A stretch of 64,000 bases of DNA from Anaeromyxobacteraceae bacterium. GTDB lineage: Bacteria; Myxococcota; Myxococcia; Myxococcales; Anaeromyxobacteraceae. Positions 52,601 to 61,776 of the stretch are shown piece by piece. Both the position numbers and the translations under genes were made by a program. The notes beneath the pieces were generated by a model, which was not told the origin of the DNA, ran no database searches, and saw only the letters and a program-made list of their open reading frames with translations. Position 1 is the stretch's first letter. Every line of letters starts with the position of its first letter. The stretch is taken from assembly GCA_047602405.1 (NCBI GenBank), contig JASGHJ010000001.1, forward strand, positions 352,001 to 416,000, given 5' to 3'.

Positions 52601-54942
52601 CAGGAGGCGCCGCGGCAGGCGGTGGCGGCGTCCGGGTAGGTGCAGGCGTTCCGGGCGGTGCCGTCGCAGGCCCCGCCGCAGGCGGAGCCGTCGGAGGCGC
52701 AGGCGGCCCGGGCGCCGCGCGGCGCGCCGGCCACGGGCGCGCAGGTGCCGGCGCTGCCCGGCACGTCGCAGGCCTCGCACTGACCTTCGCAGGCCGCGTT
52801 GCAGCAGACGCCGTCGACGCACAGGCCGGTGCCGCATTCGGCGCCCGCGCCGCAGGCCTGGCCGCGGTCGAGCCGGAAGGTGGCCACGATCTCCCGCGGG
52901 CCGGTCACGTTCGCGGCGCCGTACGTGGCCCCCTGGACCTGCGCGAGCACGTCGGCGCCGGCGTCGGCGAGGGCGGCGAGCACGTAGCCCGCGTCCGGGG
53001 TGACGGTGCAGGCGGCGGTCGCGCCCTGCGCGACCGGCGAGAGGCAGGAGAGGGCGCCGTGGCCGCCGGGCACCGAGGTGGTGACCGAGGGGCCGTCGAA
53101 GGCCGCGAGGGCGGTCGCGTCGCCGGCGATCGAGAGCGTGCAGGTGGTCTGCGCGCCGGCGCAGGCCCCGCTCCAGCCGGCGAAGGTGTCGCCCGGGCGC
53201 GCGACGGCGGTGAGCGTGACCTGGCCGCCCTGCAGCACGTTCATCGAGGTCGTGGCGCAGCCCTCGGCGCAGGCGATGCCCTCCGGGTACGAGACCACCG
53301 AGCCCTGGCCCGTCCGCCCCGCCGCCTTCTCGACCGTGAGCGTGCGCAGCGTGCCGATGCCGTTCACGTCGGCGTCGGCGTTGTTGGTCGGGTCGGGGTC
53401 GGTGACGCCGGAGGGCGCCGTCACGGTGGCGGTGTTGGCGAGCGTGCCGTTCCCGGAGCCCGCGACCACGGTCGCGGTCACGGCGAAGGTCGCCTTCGCG
53501 CCGGAGGGCAGCGTGACCTTTCGGGCCGAGATGTTGCCCGTGCCGCTCGCGGTGGTGCAGGCGCCGCCGCCGCTCGCGGTGCAGGTCCAGGCGACGTTCG
53601 CGAGCTGGGCCGGGAAGGCGTCGTCGACCGTGGCGTTCGTGGCGGTGGCCGGGCCCGCGTTCGAGACCTCGATCGAGTACGCGACCGGCTGGCCCCACAC
53701 GACGGCGGAGCTCGCGTCGCGCACGGCGACCGAGAGGTCGGCATAGGAGACGGCGGAGGTGAGCGCGGTCTCGACGAGCGGCCCGAGGAGCGCGGAGACG
53801 GAGTCGGCGCGGATGGCGTAGTTGCCGTTCGCGATGCGCCCGGTGGCGCCGTTCGGGATCGCGACCGTCACGCTGAAGGTCGCGCTCGCCGAGGGGTTCA
53901 TCCAGCCGAAGTTGCAGGAGACGGTGCCCGCCTGGCCGACCGCGGGCGTCGTGCAGGTGGCGCCGGCGGGGGCGCTCACCGAGACGAACGTGGTCTGGCC
54001 GGTCTGGGTGGCGCCGCTGAACGCGGCGGGTAGCACCTCGTCGACCACCACGTTCGGCACGAGGCCCGGCGTCGCGTTCTTCACGAGGAACGTGTAGGTG
54101 AGCTGCGTGCCGGCGTTCGCCGCCTGCGGCGCGCTCGCGGCGACCGACAGGCTCGGCAGGTAGGCGCCGAAGCCGTCGACCGCGACCTCGCCCCAGTGGC
54201 CGGTCTGGGCGCAGCCCGCGGCCACGACCGCGATCTCGACGGTGTCGCCCGGAGTGAGCTTCGCGTCGCCGGGGGCGACGTCGAAGATCTGCCAGTCGGT
54301 GTAGCGGACCTGGTTCTGGCCCGTCCCCTGGACGTTCCACGGGATGCCGGGCTGGTTCGAGTAGTTGAAGGTCGTGAAGAGCAGCGTGTTGCGGGTGACG
54401 TTGCGCAGCTGGGCCCAGAAGTACGGCTGCTGGTTCACCGGGTGGCCGGGGTCCTGGAGCGCCGGGGCGAGCGCGAAGCGCACGTGGACCTTGCCGTCGG
54501 CCGGATCCACGTCGGAGGTCGTCACCGCGTAGGACTGCTTCAGCGTGTTGACGTTGTAGTTCTTGCCGCCCTCGTTCACGACGACCGAGGCGTTCCCGAA
54601 CTTCGGGAGCACGGGCTGCGCGAGGCCGGAGAGGCCGTAGAGCTGCTGCGCCGGGGCGGTGCGGACGTAGGTGCGGGCGGAGCCCCCGGACCGGAGGTTG
54701 AGATCGCCCAGGCTCGCGGGCGGGTAGGTGATGCCCGCGGACGTGTACTGGCCGGCCGGCGTCAGGTGGGTCGTGATGGTCCAGCCGGTGGTCGTGCCGT
54801 CCTCGAAGCCGCCGTTCACGAAGAGCGGCGCCTCCGCGAGCTGGGTCGCGCCGCTCCCCCCGGAAGGCTGACCGCCGCACGCCGAGAGGGCGATCGCAGC
54901 GCAGGTGACGAGGACACCGCGGAGGTGGGGGAAGGTGAGCAT
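49676..54942 (-). CDS. Large surface protein: lipoprotein signal, jelly-roll-like head, two DUF11, InlB-B-like repeats, Cys-rich repeats, internal MYXO-CTERM-like motif, beta-barrel and OmpA C-terminal domain; one-base deletion at about 49812
   Basis: LSAC lipobox; NGGFE; DPDPTNN; four DGVCC repeats; SGSGCSSGG-hydrophobic-RRR; AQSIDVERF; VRVEGHTD. Adding one base continues into GYGPDRPVASN...NRRVEF (1756 codons). Confidence 0.85.
51290..52870 (-). repeat. Four Cys-rich coding repeats of about 150 aa (last one shorter)
   Basis: CxDGVCCxxACxGQCEACxVxGxxGxCxPVxGAP recurs near 52810, 52360, 51910 and 51470. Confidence 0.85.
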
Positions 54943-54966
54943 GGTCGTGATCTCCGGGGCCTGCGA

Positions 54967-54982
54967 AGCAAGCCGCGGGCCC
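54967..54982 (-). promoter_or_regulatory. Putative sigma-54 promoter of the large surface protein gene
   Basis: Minus strand GGGCCCGCGGCTTGCT fits GG-N10-GC with a TTGCT -12 element; GGAG RBS follows before the ATG at 54942. Confidence 0.35.
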
Positions 54983-55217
54983 GTGCCCGGGGACCGCGCG
55001 ACCCAGCGTGATCAGGGACCCGGGCCCCGGCGACCTGCCGCGGGCTGCGCGTGTCGTTGACGGAAACCGTCAGTCGATAGCGCGTCGTTCACGCAGGGAG
55101 AACGTGGGCGGCGCGCGCACAGAGGGGCGCGAGGTCGGCAGGTTCGACATCGGGCGCGCCATGACACGCGAAGGCGGGAGGCCGGGCGCAGCGTGAAAGG
55201 GATACTCAGGAGGACGC

Positions 55218-56009
55218 ATGAGCGGCGATCGATACGGCGTGTTCGCGGTGGGCAACCACCTCATCGGCGTCCCCGCCGCCCAGATCCACGAGATCTTCCA
55301 GCTCGGCGAGGTGCGGGTGCCGCCGAACTGCCCGCCCGAGCAGCGCGGCCTCGCCGTGCTCCGCGGCAACGTCTTCCCCGCCCTCGACCTGCGGGTGTGC
55401 CTCGGCCACGTCTCCGCCCGCGAGGAGAGCGAGGCCCTCGCGGCGCTGCTCGGCGAGCGCGAGGAGGACCACAGGCGCTGGGTCGCGGAGCTCGAGGCCT
55501 CGGTGCGGGAGCGCCGGCCGTTCAGGCTCGCGACCGATCCGCGCAAGTGCAAGTTCGGGCAGTGGTACTACGCCTTCAAGTCGGACGACGCGGTGCTCCG
55601 CTCCGAGCTCGCGAAATTCGAGGAGCCGCACGCCCGCATCCACGCGCTCGCGATCGAGGTCGGCAAGCTGGTCGAGGCCGGCCAGCTGGACCGGGCGCTC
55701 GAGCGCATCGAGCAGACGCGCCGGGGGCTCCTCGCCACGCTCGTCGAGCAGTTCGAGCGCACCCGCGCGGCCCTCCACGACGCGCGCAAGGAGGTCGGCG
55801 TGACCGTCGAGCTCAACGGGCGCCGCTCGGTCCTGATCGTCGATCGCGCGGAGGCCGTGGCCGACCTCGAGCCCATCGCGGCCGAGGACGACCCACTCGC
55901 GGCGGGCACGCTCCCGGTGGACCTCGTCCGCAGGCTCGCGCGCTGGCGCGGCAGCCCCGCGCCGGTCCTCCTGCTCGACGTCGAGCGGGTCGGGAACCTC
56001 GCCGGCTAG
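55218..56009 (+). CDS. CheW-like protein with an inserted CZB (chemoreceptor zinc-binding) domain
   Basis: AGGAGG RBS. CheW N-part (IHEI...VPPN...RGLAVLRGNVFPALDLR), CZB (HRRW...CKFGQWYY...PHARIH), CheW C-part (LIVDRAEAV...LLLDVERV). Confidence 0.85.
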   Translation: MSGDRYGVFAVGNHLIGVPAAQIHEIFQLGEVRVPPNCPPEQRGLAVLRGNVFPALDLRVCLGHVSAREESEALAALLGEREEDHRRWVAELEASVRERRPFRLATDPRKCKFGQWYYAFKSDDAVLRSELAKFEEPHARIHALAIEVGKLVEAGQLDRALERIEQTRRGLLATLVEQFERTRAALHDARKEVGVTVELNGRRSVLIVDRAEAVADLEPIAAEDDPLAAGTLPVDLVRRLARWRGSPAPVLLLDVERVGNLAG

Positions 56010-56875
56010 GACCAGGCCCACGGGGCCGGAGGCGGGGCCCCCTTCCCCGGCGCGGCGAGGTCCCAGCGGTACCGCTCGCCGCGCGTGAGCACGTGGATCC
56101 GCTCGCCGAGGCCCTCGCGCTCCGCGGCGCGGAGGAAGTCCCCGAGCGGCGACCGGAACACCCGGTAGTCGTCGAAGTGGAGCGGGATCGCGACCTTCGG
56201 GTTCACGAGCCGCACCGCCGCGACACCCTGCTCGGCGTCCATCGTCACGAGCAGCCCGAGCACGCGGGTGCCACCGAGGTGGAAGAGGCCGAGGTCGAGG
56301 TCCGGGAACCGGACCGGGAGCTCCTCGAGCGCGCGGTGCAGGAGCGTGTCGCCGGACACGTAGATCCGGTAGCGCGCCTCGCCTCCGAGGCCGAAGGTCA
56401 CGAGGCTCCCCATCACCGGTGGCAGCAGCCGTCCGGCGAGGCCGAACGCGTGGCGGGCGGGGAGCGACATCACCTCGAGCCAGGCGCTCGCGCGCCGGAA
56501 CCGCACCGTCTGCCAGGTCCTGAGGCCCAGCGCCGCGGGGAAGCCCCGGCCGCGCAGGGCCCGGGCCGCGTGCGGCGTCGTCACGATCCTCAGGCGCCGC
56601 GGGAGCTCCCGCTCGGCGATCCGGTCCCAGTGGTCGCCGTGCAGGTGGGAGAGCAGGCAGAAGTCGAGCGGCGGCAGGTCGCCCGGCCGCAGGGCGGGCT
56701 CGGTGAGCCGCTCGGAGGTGAGCCCGTAGCCGAGGTGCGCGTGGTCGCCGGCGTGCAGGAAGTTGGGGTCGGTCAGGAACGAGAACCCGCCCGCCTGGAC
56801 GAGGACCGTCGCGGTGCCGACGAAGACGAGGGATCCCTCGCGGAGGTCCGGCTCCGCGGGAGATCCCTCGAGCAT
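56006..56875 (-). CDS. MBL-fold metallo-hydrolase; alternative start GTG at 56893
   Basis: FVGTATVL, LTDPNF, LSHLHGDHWD, PARH, YVSGDT, IPLHFDDY. Confidence 0.9.
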   Translation of the reverse strand: MLEGSPAEPDLREGSLVFVGTATVLVQAGGFSFLTDPNFLHAGDHAHLGYGLTSERLTEPALRPGDLPPLDFCLLSHLHGDHWDRIAERELPRRLRIVTTPHAARALRGRGFPAALGLRTWQTVRFRRASAWLEVMSLPARHAFGLAGRLLPPVMGSLVTFGLGGEARYRIYVSGDTLLHRALEELPVRFPDLDLGLFHLGGTRVLGLLVTMDAEQGVAAVRLVNPKVAIPLHFDDYRVFRSPLGDFLRAAEREGLGERIHVLTRGERYRWDLAAPGKGAPPPAPWAWS

Positions 56876-56966
56876 CGCCTCGTAGGTGGGCACGCCCTCG
56901 AACGTTGGCCACCCCGCGTCCCCGCCGCCTGCGGCGTTTCCACGCCCGGAACGGAGCGGAGGCAGG

Positions 56967-57734
56967 TCAGCCGAGGTCGTCCGGGTCGCGCCGCGTCGGG
57001 TCGCGATCACCGCGATCCGCGATGCGGGACTCGTCGTCCCCTTCCACCCGCACCTCCTCGCGCCGGACGTCGGCGTCGGCGGCCCGGTGCTCGACGGTCC
57101 GCTCCTTCCTCAGGCGGACCTCCTCCTTCACGACCGGGCGCTTCCTGATCTCGACCTCCTCCTCGCGGAGCGGGATCGACTCGGTGCGCTGCTCGAGGTC
57201 CCCGGTGTCGAGGGTCCGGTCCCCCGAGGCCGGCACGCGCTCGACGCGCACCGTCTCCTTCGTCACCGGCACGTCGATCGAGCGGTGCTCGGTCACGACG
57301 TCCTTCCTCAGCCGCACCTCGCCCGCGTCGCGCTCGGTCTTGACCGCCTCGAGCTCCTCCTCCGCGACGGGCATGCGGATCTCGTCCTGCCCTGCGGCCG
57401 CGCGGGCCCGCTCGCCGGGCGGGCGTTCGGCGCTCTCCTCCCAGGGCTGCGTGCGCCCCAGGTTGGCGTCGCCCCCCGCCGCGATGGTGTCGTCGTCGCT
57501 CCCGAGCTCGCGGCGCGCGAACGCGTCCTTCCCGATGGCGAGCCGCACCTCGTCGCCGTCGTCGCCCTCGAGCCCCGCGATGTCCGCGTAGCGGCAGGTG
57601 TGATCCTTCGGCAGGAAGAACCCCTTCTCCACGACGAAGGTGTCCTCGCCGAGGGCGAGGATCTTCCCGAGCTTCTCGCCGTCCGAGCTCCGGACGGTCA
57701 TGCCTTCCCTCAACATCCCGCGGTCGAAAATCAT
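56967..57734 (-). CDS. YsnF/AvaK (DUF2382) domain protein with PRC/DUF2171-like N-terminus
   Basis: Strong GGAGGAG RBS; GMTVRSSDGEKLGK; EEELEAVK..GEVRLRKDVVTE; IPLREEEVEIRKRPVVKEEV. Confidence 0.9.
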   Translation of the reverse strand: MIFDRGMLREGMTVRSSDGEKLGKILALGEDTFVVEKGFFLPKDHTCRYADIAGLEGDDGDEVRLAIGKDAFARRELGSDDDTIAAGGDANLGRTQPWEESAERPPGERARAAAGQDEIRMPVAEEELEAVKTERDAGEVRLRKDVVTEHRSIDVPVTKETVRVERVPASGDRTLDTGDLEQRTESIPLREEEVEIRKRPVVKEEVRLRKERTVEHRAADADVRREEVRVEGDDESRIADRGDRDPTRRDPDDLG

Positions 57735-57986
57735 GTGTTCGTCTCCTCCCTCGGTAGTGGACGCTGCGGACGACGCCGCGCCCCGGCCCGGAAGCCCCGG
57801 CGGCGTGCGTGCGGCGCGGCGAGCGGGTGTCGAGCGCAGCGGGGCGCCCCGGATCGGGCGCGTGAGCGGGTCCTGATCGGTTCTGTCGCGCGCCGGGGCG
57901 CGCGCGACGATGCGTCTTGACGCCCGGCATGGACAGGCGCGGCACGGAGGCGTCTCCTCCCGGTCACATCCTCGCGGGAGGGCACG

Positions 57987-59330
57987 ATGCGCTCCGTCGT
58001 CAGCTCCGCTCCGCTGCCGGGCCTGCTGCCGGGCCCGCTGTTCTCGGACCGCATCGCGCTCCTCGGCACCGAGAACGCGTTCAAGATCGGGCCCTGGATC
58101 GCGGCCCTCGAGGCCGACGGGCACCACGTCGTGCGGTGCAACCTCGGCGAGCCGGACTTTCCGCTCCCCGGCCACGTGCGCGAGGAGGTGAAGCGGGCGC
58201 TCGACGCCGATCTCACGCACTACGTCGACCCGCAGGGGATCCTGCCGCTGCGCGAGGCGATCGCGCGGGACCTGGGCGCCCGGCGCGGGCTCGAGATCAC
58301 GGCGGACCGGGTGGTCGTCTTCCCGGGCGCGAAGCCGCCGATCGGCTTCTGCCAGGAGGTCTACACGAACCCCGGCGACGAGGTCGTCTACCCGAGCCCC
58401 GGGTTCCCGATCTACGAGTCGTTCGCGACGTACCTGGGCTGCCGGCCGGTGCCGCTCCACCTCGAGGAGGAGCAGGGCTTCACGGTCACCGGCGCCGCGC
58501 TCGAGCGGCTGCTCTCGGGCCGGACGAAGCTCGTGTTCCTCAACTTCCCGGGCAACCCGACCGGCGGCGTCGCGACCGCGGCGCAGCTCGAGGAGCTCGC
58601 GGACGTGCTCGCCCGCCGCCTGCCCCCGAACGCGCGCGTCTACTCCGACGAGGTGTACGAGGCGATCGTCTTCGACGGCCGGCTGCACCGCTCGATCGCG
58701 TCGTTCCCGGGCATGGCGGAGCGGACGATCATCGTGGGCGGGGTCTCGAAGAGCTTCGCCTGGACCGGCGGCCGGATCGGCTGGGCCGCGTTCCCGACCG
58801 GCGAGGAGGCGGCCGTCTTCAAGAACCTCGCCATCAACTACTACTCGTGCGTCCCCGCCTACAACCAGTGGGGTGCGAAGCTCGCGCTCGAGGCGCCGGA
58901 GAGCCGGGGCGAGATCGCGCGGATGGTGGCGGCGTTCCAGGAGCGGCGCGACGTGGTCGTGCCCGCGCTGAACGCGATCCCGGGCGTGCGCTGCCAGAAC
59001 CCGGGCGGCGCCTTCTACGTCTTCCCGAACGTGGCCGGCCTGTGCGCGTCGCTGGGCGTGCTCGAGGCCCACGCCGCCCTGCCGCCGGCGGTCCGCGACG
59101 CCACGAGCCCCTCCACGCTGCTGGCCCGCTTCCTCCTGTTCCGCCACCACGTCGCGACGCTCGACCGGCGCTCCTTCGGCCGCATCGGCGCCGACGGCCG
59201 CCACTTCCTGCGCCTCTCGATCGCGACAGCCCTCGACGAGCTCCGCGTCGCCGTCGACCGGCTCGCCCGCGCCGGGCAGGACCGCGACGGCTTCCGCGCG
59301 TTCGTCCGCGAGGGCCGCTTCCTCACCTGA
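57987..59330 (+). CDS. PLP-dependent class I/II aminotransferase
   Basis: NLGEPDF, GILPLREAIA, NFPGNPTG, SDEVYE, VSKSFAWTGGRIG, GAFYVFPN. Confidence 0.93.
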   Translation: MRSVVSSAPLPGLLPGPLFSDRIALLGTENAFKIGPWIAALEADGHHVVRCNLGEPDFPLPGHVREEVKRALDADLTHYVDPQGILPLREAIARDLGARRGLEITADRVVVFPGAKPPIGFCQEVYTNPGDEVVYPSPGFPIYESFATYLGCRPVPLHLEEEQGFTVTGAALERLLSGRTKLVFLNFPGNPTGGVATAAQLEELADVLARRLPPNARVYSDEVYEAIVFDGRLHRSIASFPGMAERTIIVGGVSKSFAWTGGRIGWAAFPTGEEAAVFKNLAINYYSCVPAYNQWGAKLALEAPESRGEIARMVAAFQERRDVVVPALNAIPGVRCQNPGGAFYVFPNVAGLCASLGVLEAHAALPPAVRDATSPSTLLARFLLFRHHVATLDRRSFGRIGADGRHFLRLSIATALDELRVAVDRLARAGQDRDGFRAFVREGRFLT

Positions 59331-59370
59331 CGCTTCGTCCCCGACCGCCCACCTGCGAGGAGCCACCCCG

Positions 59371-61776
59371 ATGCCCGTCTGTGAACCCACCGTCGCCTTC
59401 GGCCCCCGCCGCGCGCTCCGCCTCGCCGTCCACGCCGCGCCCGCGGGCGCCGTCGCGGGCCGCGTCGGCGTGCTCGAGGCCCTCGACCTCGTCTACCGCT
59501 CGCTCTGCACGGCGCTCTACAACTACGCGCCGATGTCCGGGCACCCGGGCGGCTCGATCTCCTCGGGCCGGTTCGTGCAGGCGCTCGTGTTCGAGCAGCT
59601 CGCCCACGACGTCTCCGACCCCGACCGGCCCGACGCCGACGTCGTCTCCTACGCGGCCGGGCACAAGGCGCTCGGCCTGTACGCGCTCTGGGCTTTGCGC
59701 GACGAGATCGCCCGCATCGCGGCGCCGCGCCTGTTGCCCACCGACCCCGCCCGGCGGCTCCGGCTCGAGGACCTCCTCGGCTTCCGCAAGAACCCCACCA
59801 CGCCGACGCCGCTCTTCCAGGCCTTCGGCGCGAAGCCCCTCGACGGGCACCCCACCCCGGCGACGCCGTTCGTGAAGCTCGCGACGGGCGCCTCGGGCGT
59901 GGGGGTCGCCTCCTCGTTCGGGCTCGCGCTCGCCGCGCTCGACGTCTACGGCGACGACGCGCCGCGGATCCACGTGATCGAGGGCGAGGGCGGCCTCACG
60001 CCGGGCCGGGTGCACGAGGCGCTCGCCTTCGCCGCCACCTCGCGGCTCCACAACCTCGTCGTGCACGTCGACTGGAACCAGGCTTCCATCGACTCCGACC
60101 GGGTCACCCGCGACGGCGATCAGCCGGGCGACTACGTGCAGTGGGATCCCGCCGAGCTCTTCTACCTGCACGACTGGAACGTGGTGAGCGTGCCCGACGG
60201 CCACGACCTCGGCGCGATCCTCGAGGCGCAGGCGCGCGCGCTGGAGCTCGACAACGGGCAGCCCACCGCCATCGTCTACCGGACGGTGAAGGGGTGGCGG
60301 TACGGGATCGAGGGCAAGGGGTCCCACGGCGCCGGCCACAAGCTCTGCTCGCCCGGCTTCTACGAGGCGCTCGGGCCGCTCACCCGCGAGGCCGGCCTCA
60401 CCCTGCCCACCTGCGAGCCCGGGCACGGCTGCCGCGACGGCGCCGACGCGGTCGCCCTCGAGCGCTGCGCCTGGTCCTCGCTCTCGATCGTGCGGAGCCT
60501 GCTCGAGTCGAACGAGGCCACCACCCGCGCCCTCGCGCTCCGGCTCGAGGAGGCGCGGGAGCGGCTCGTCGAGCTCGACCGGCGGCCGCGGGAGGGCGCG
60601 CCCCGCGTCGAGGCGATCTTCGAGGTCGCCGCGGCGGGCGAGCCGCCCCCCGATCTCGCGCTCCCGCCGGGCACGGGGACCACGCTGCGCGGCCAGCTCG
60701 GGAAGGTGCTCGGGCACCTGAACCGCGCCTCGCACGGCGCGCTGCTCGTCGCGGCGGCCGATCTCCTCGGCTCGACGAGCGTGAACGAGGCGACGAAGGG
60801 CTTCGCGGGGGGCTGGTTCCAGGCCCGCGGCAACCCCGACGCCCGCACCCTCTCGATCGGGGGCATCTGCGAGGACGCCATGGCGGGCGTGCTGTCCGGC
60901 GTCTCCGCCTTCGGCTGGCACGCCGGCGTGGGCTCCTCCTACGGCGCCTTCATCGCGCCGCTCGGGCACATCGCCGCCCGGCTCCACGCCATCGGCGACC
61001 AGGCCCGGCGCGCCACCGGCGGCGGCGCGGGCCGTCCGATGTTCCTCGTCTGCGGCCACGCGGGCCTCAAGACCGGCGAGGACGGTCCGACCCACGCCGA
61101 CCCGCAGCCCCTGCAGCTCTTGCAGGAGAACTTCCCCCGGGGCGCGCTCGTCACGCTCACGCCGTGGGATCCGGCCGAGGTGTACCCGCTCGTCTGCGCG
61201 GCGCTCCGCCACCGGCCGTCGGTGATCGCGCCGTTCGTCACCCGCCCCACCGAGAAGGTGCTCGATCGCGCCGCGCTCGGCCTCGCGCCCGCCTCGGCGG
61301 CCACCACCGGCGTCTACCGGCTGCGCACGGCGCGCCGGCGGGCCGACGCGGCGGTCGTGCTGCAGGAGTCGGGCGTCACCTACGCGTTCCTCGAGGAGGC
61401 GCTGCCGCTCCTCCTGAAGGCCGGGGTCGAGCTCGACGTCTGGTACGTCGCGAGCGCGGAGCTCTTCGACCTGTTGCCGCTCGACGTCCAGCGGAGCCTC
61501 TTCCCCGAGGAGGCCGGGGAGCGGGCGATGGGGATCACCGGCTTCACGCTGCCGACGATGTGGCGCTGGATCCGCTCGACCGCGGGGCGCGACCACACCA
61601 TGCACCCGTTCCAGCGCGGGCACTTCCTCGGCTCCGGGCGCGCGGACGCGGTGCTGCGCGAGGCGGGGCTCGACGGGGAGAGCCAGGTCCGGCGGGTGCT
61701 CGCGTTCGTGGAGTCGCGGGGAGCCCCTCGACCCCGGCCCGCGGAGGTGCGCGCCACCGGCCCACGCCCGGGGTGA
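59371..61776 (+). CDS. Divergent transketolase-like ThDP enzyme
   Basis: SGHPGGSIS, AGH, LDGHP, EGEGGLTPG...DWN, TVKG, AADLLGS, GICEDAM, GEDGPTH. Confidence 0.85.
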   Translation: MPVCEPTVAFGPRRALRLAVHAAPAGAVAGRVGVLEALDLVYRSLCTALYNYAPMSGHPGGSISSGRFVQALVFEQLAHDVSDPDRPDADVVSYAAGHKALGLYALWALRDEIARIAAPRLLPTDPARRLRLEDLLGFRKNPTTPTPLFQAFGAKPLDGHPTPATPFVKLATGASGVGVASSFGLALAALDVYGDDAPRIHVIEGEGGLTPGRVHEALAFAATSRLHNLVVHVDWNQASIDSDRVTRDGDQPGDYVQWDPAELFYLHDWNVVSVPDGHDLGAILEAQARALELDNGQPTAIVYRTVKGWRYGIEGKGSHGAGHKLCSPGFYEALGPLTREAGLTLPTCEPGHGCRDGADAVALERCAWSSLSIVRSLLESNEATTRALALRLEEARERLVELDRRPREGAPRVEAIFEVAAAGEPPPDLALPPGTGTTLRGQLGKVLGHLNRASHGALLVAAADLLGSTSVNEATKGFAGGWFQARGNPDARTLSIGGICEDAMAGVLSGVSAFGWHAGVGSSYGAFIAPLGHIAARLHAIGDQARRATGGGAGRPMFLVCGHAGLKTGEDGPTHADPQPLQLLQENFPRGALVTLTPWDPAEVYPLVCAALRHRPSVIAPFVTRPTEKVLDRAALGLAPASAATTGVYRLRTARRRADAAVVLQESGVTYAFLEEALPLLLKAGVELDVWYVASAELFDLLPLDVQRSLFPEEAGERAMGITGFTLPTMWRWIRSTAGRDHTMHPFQRGHFLGSGRADAVLREAGLDGESQVRRVLAFVESRGAPRPRPAEVRATGPRPG

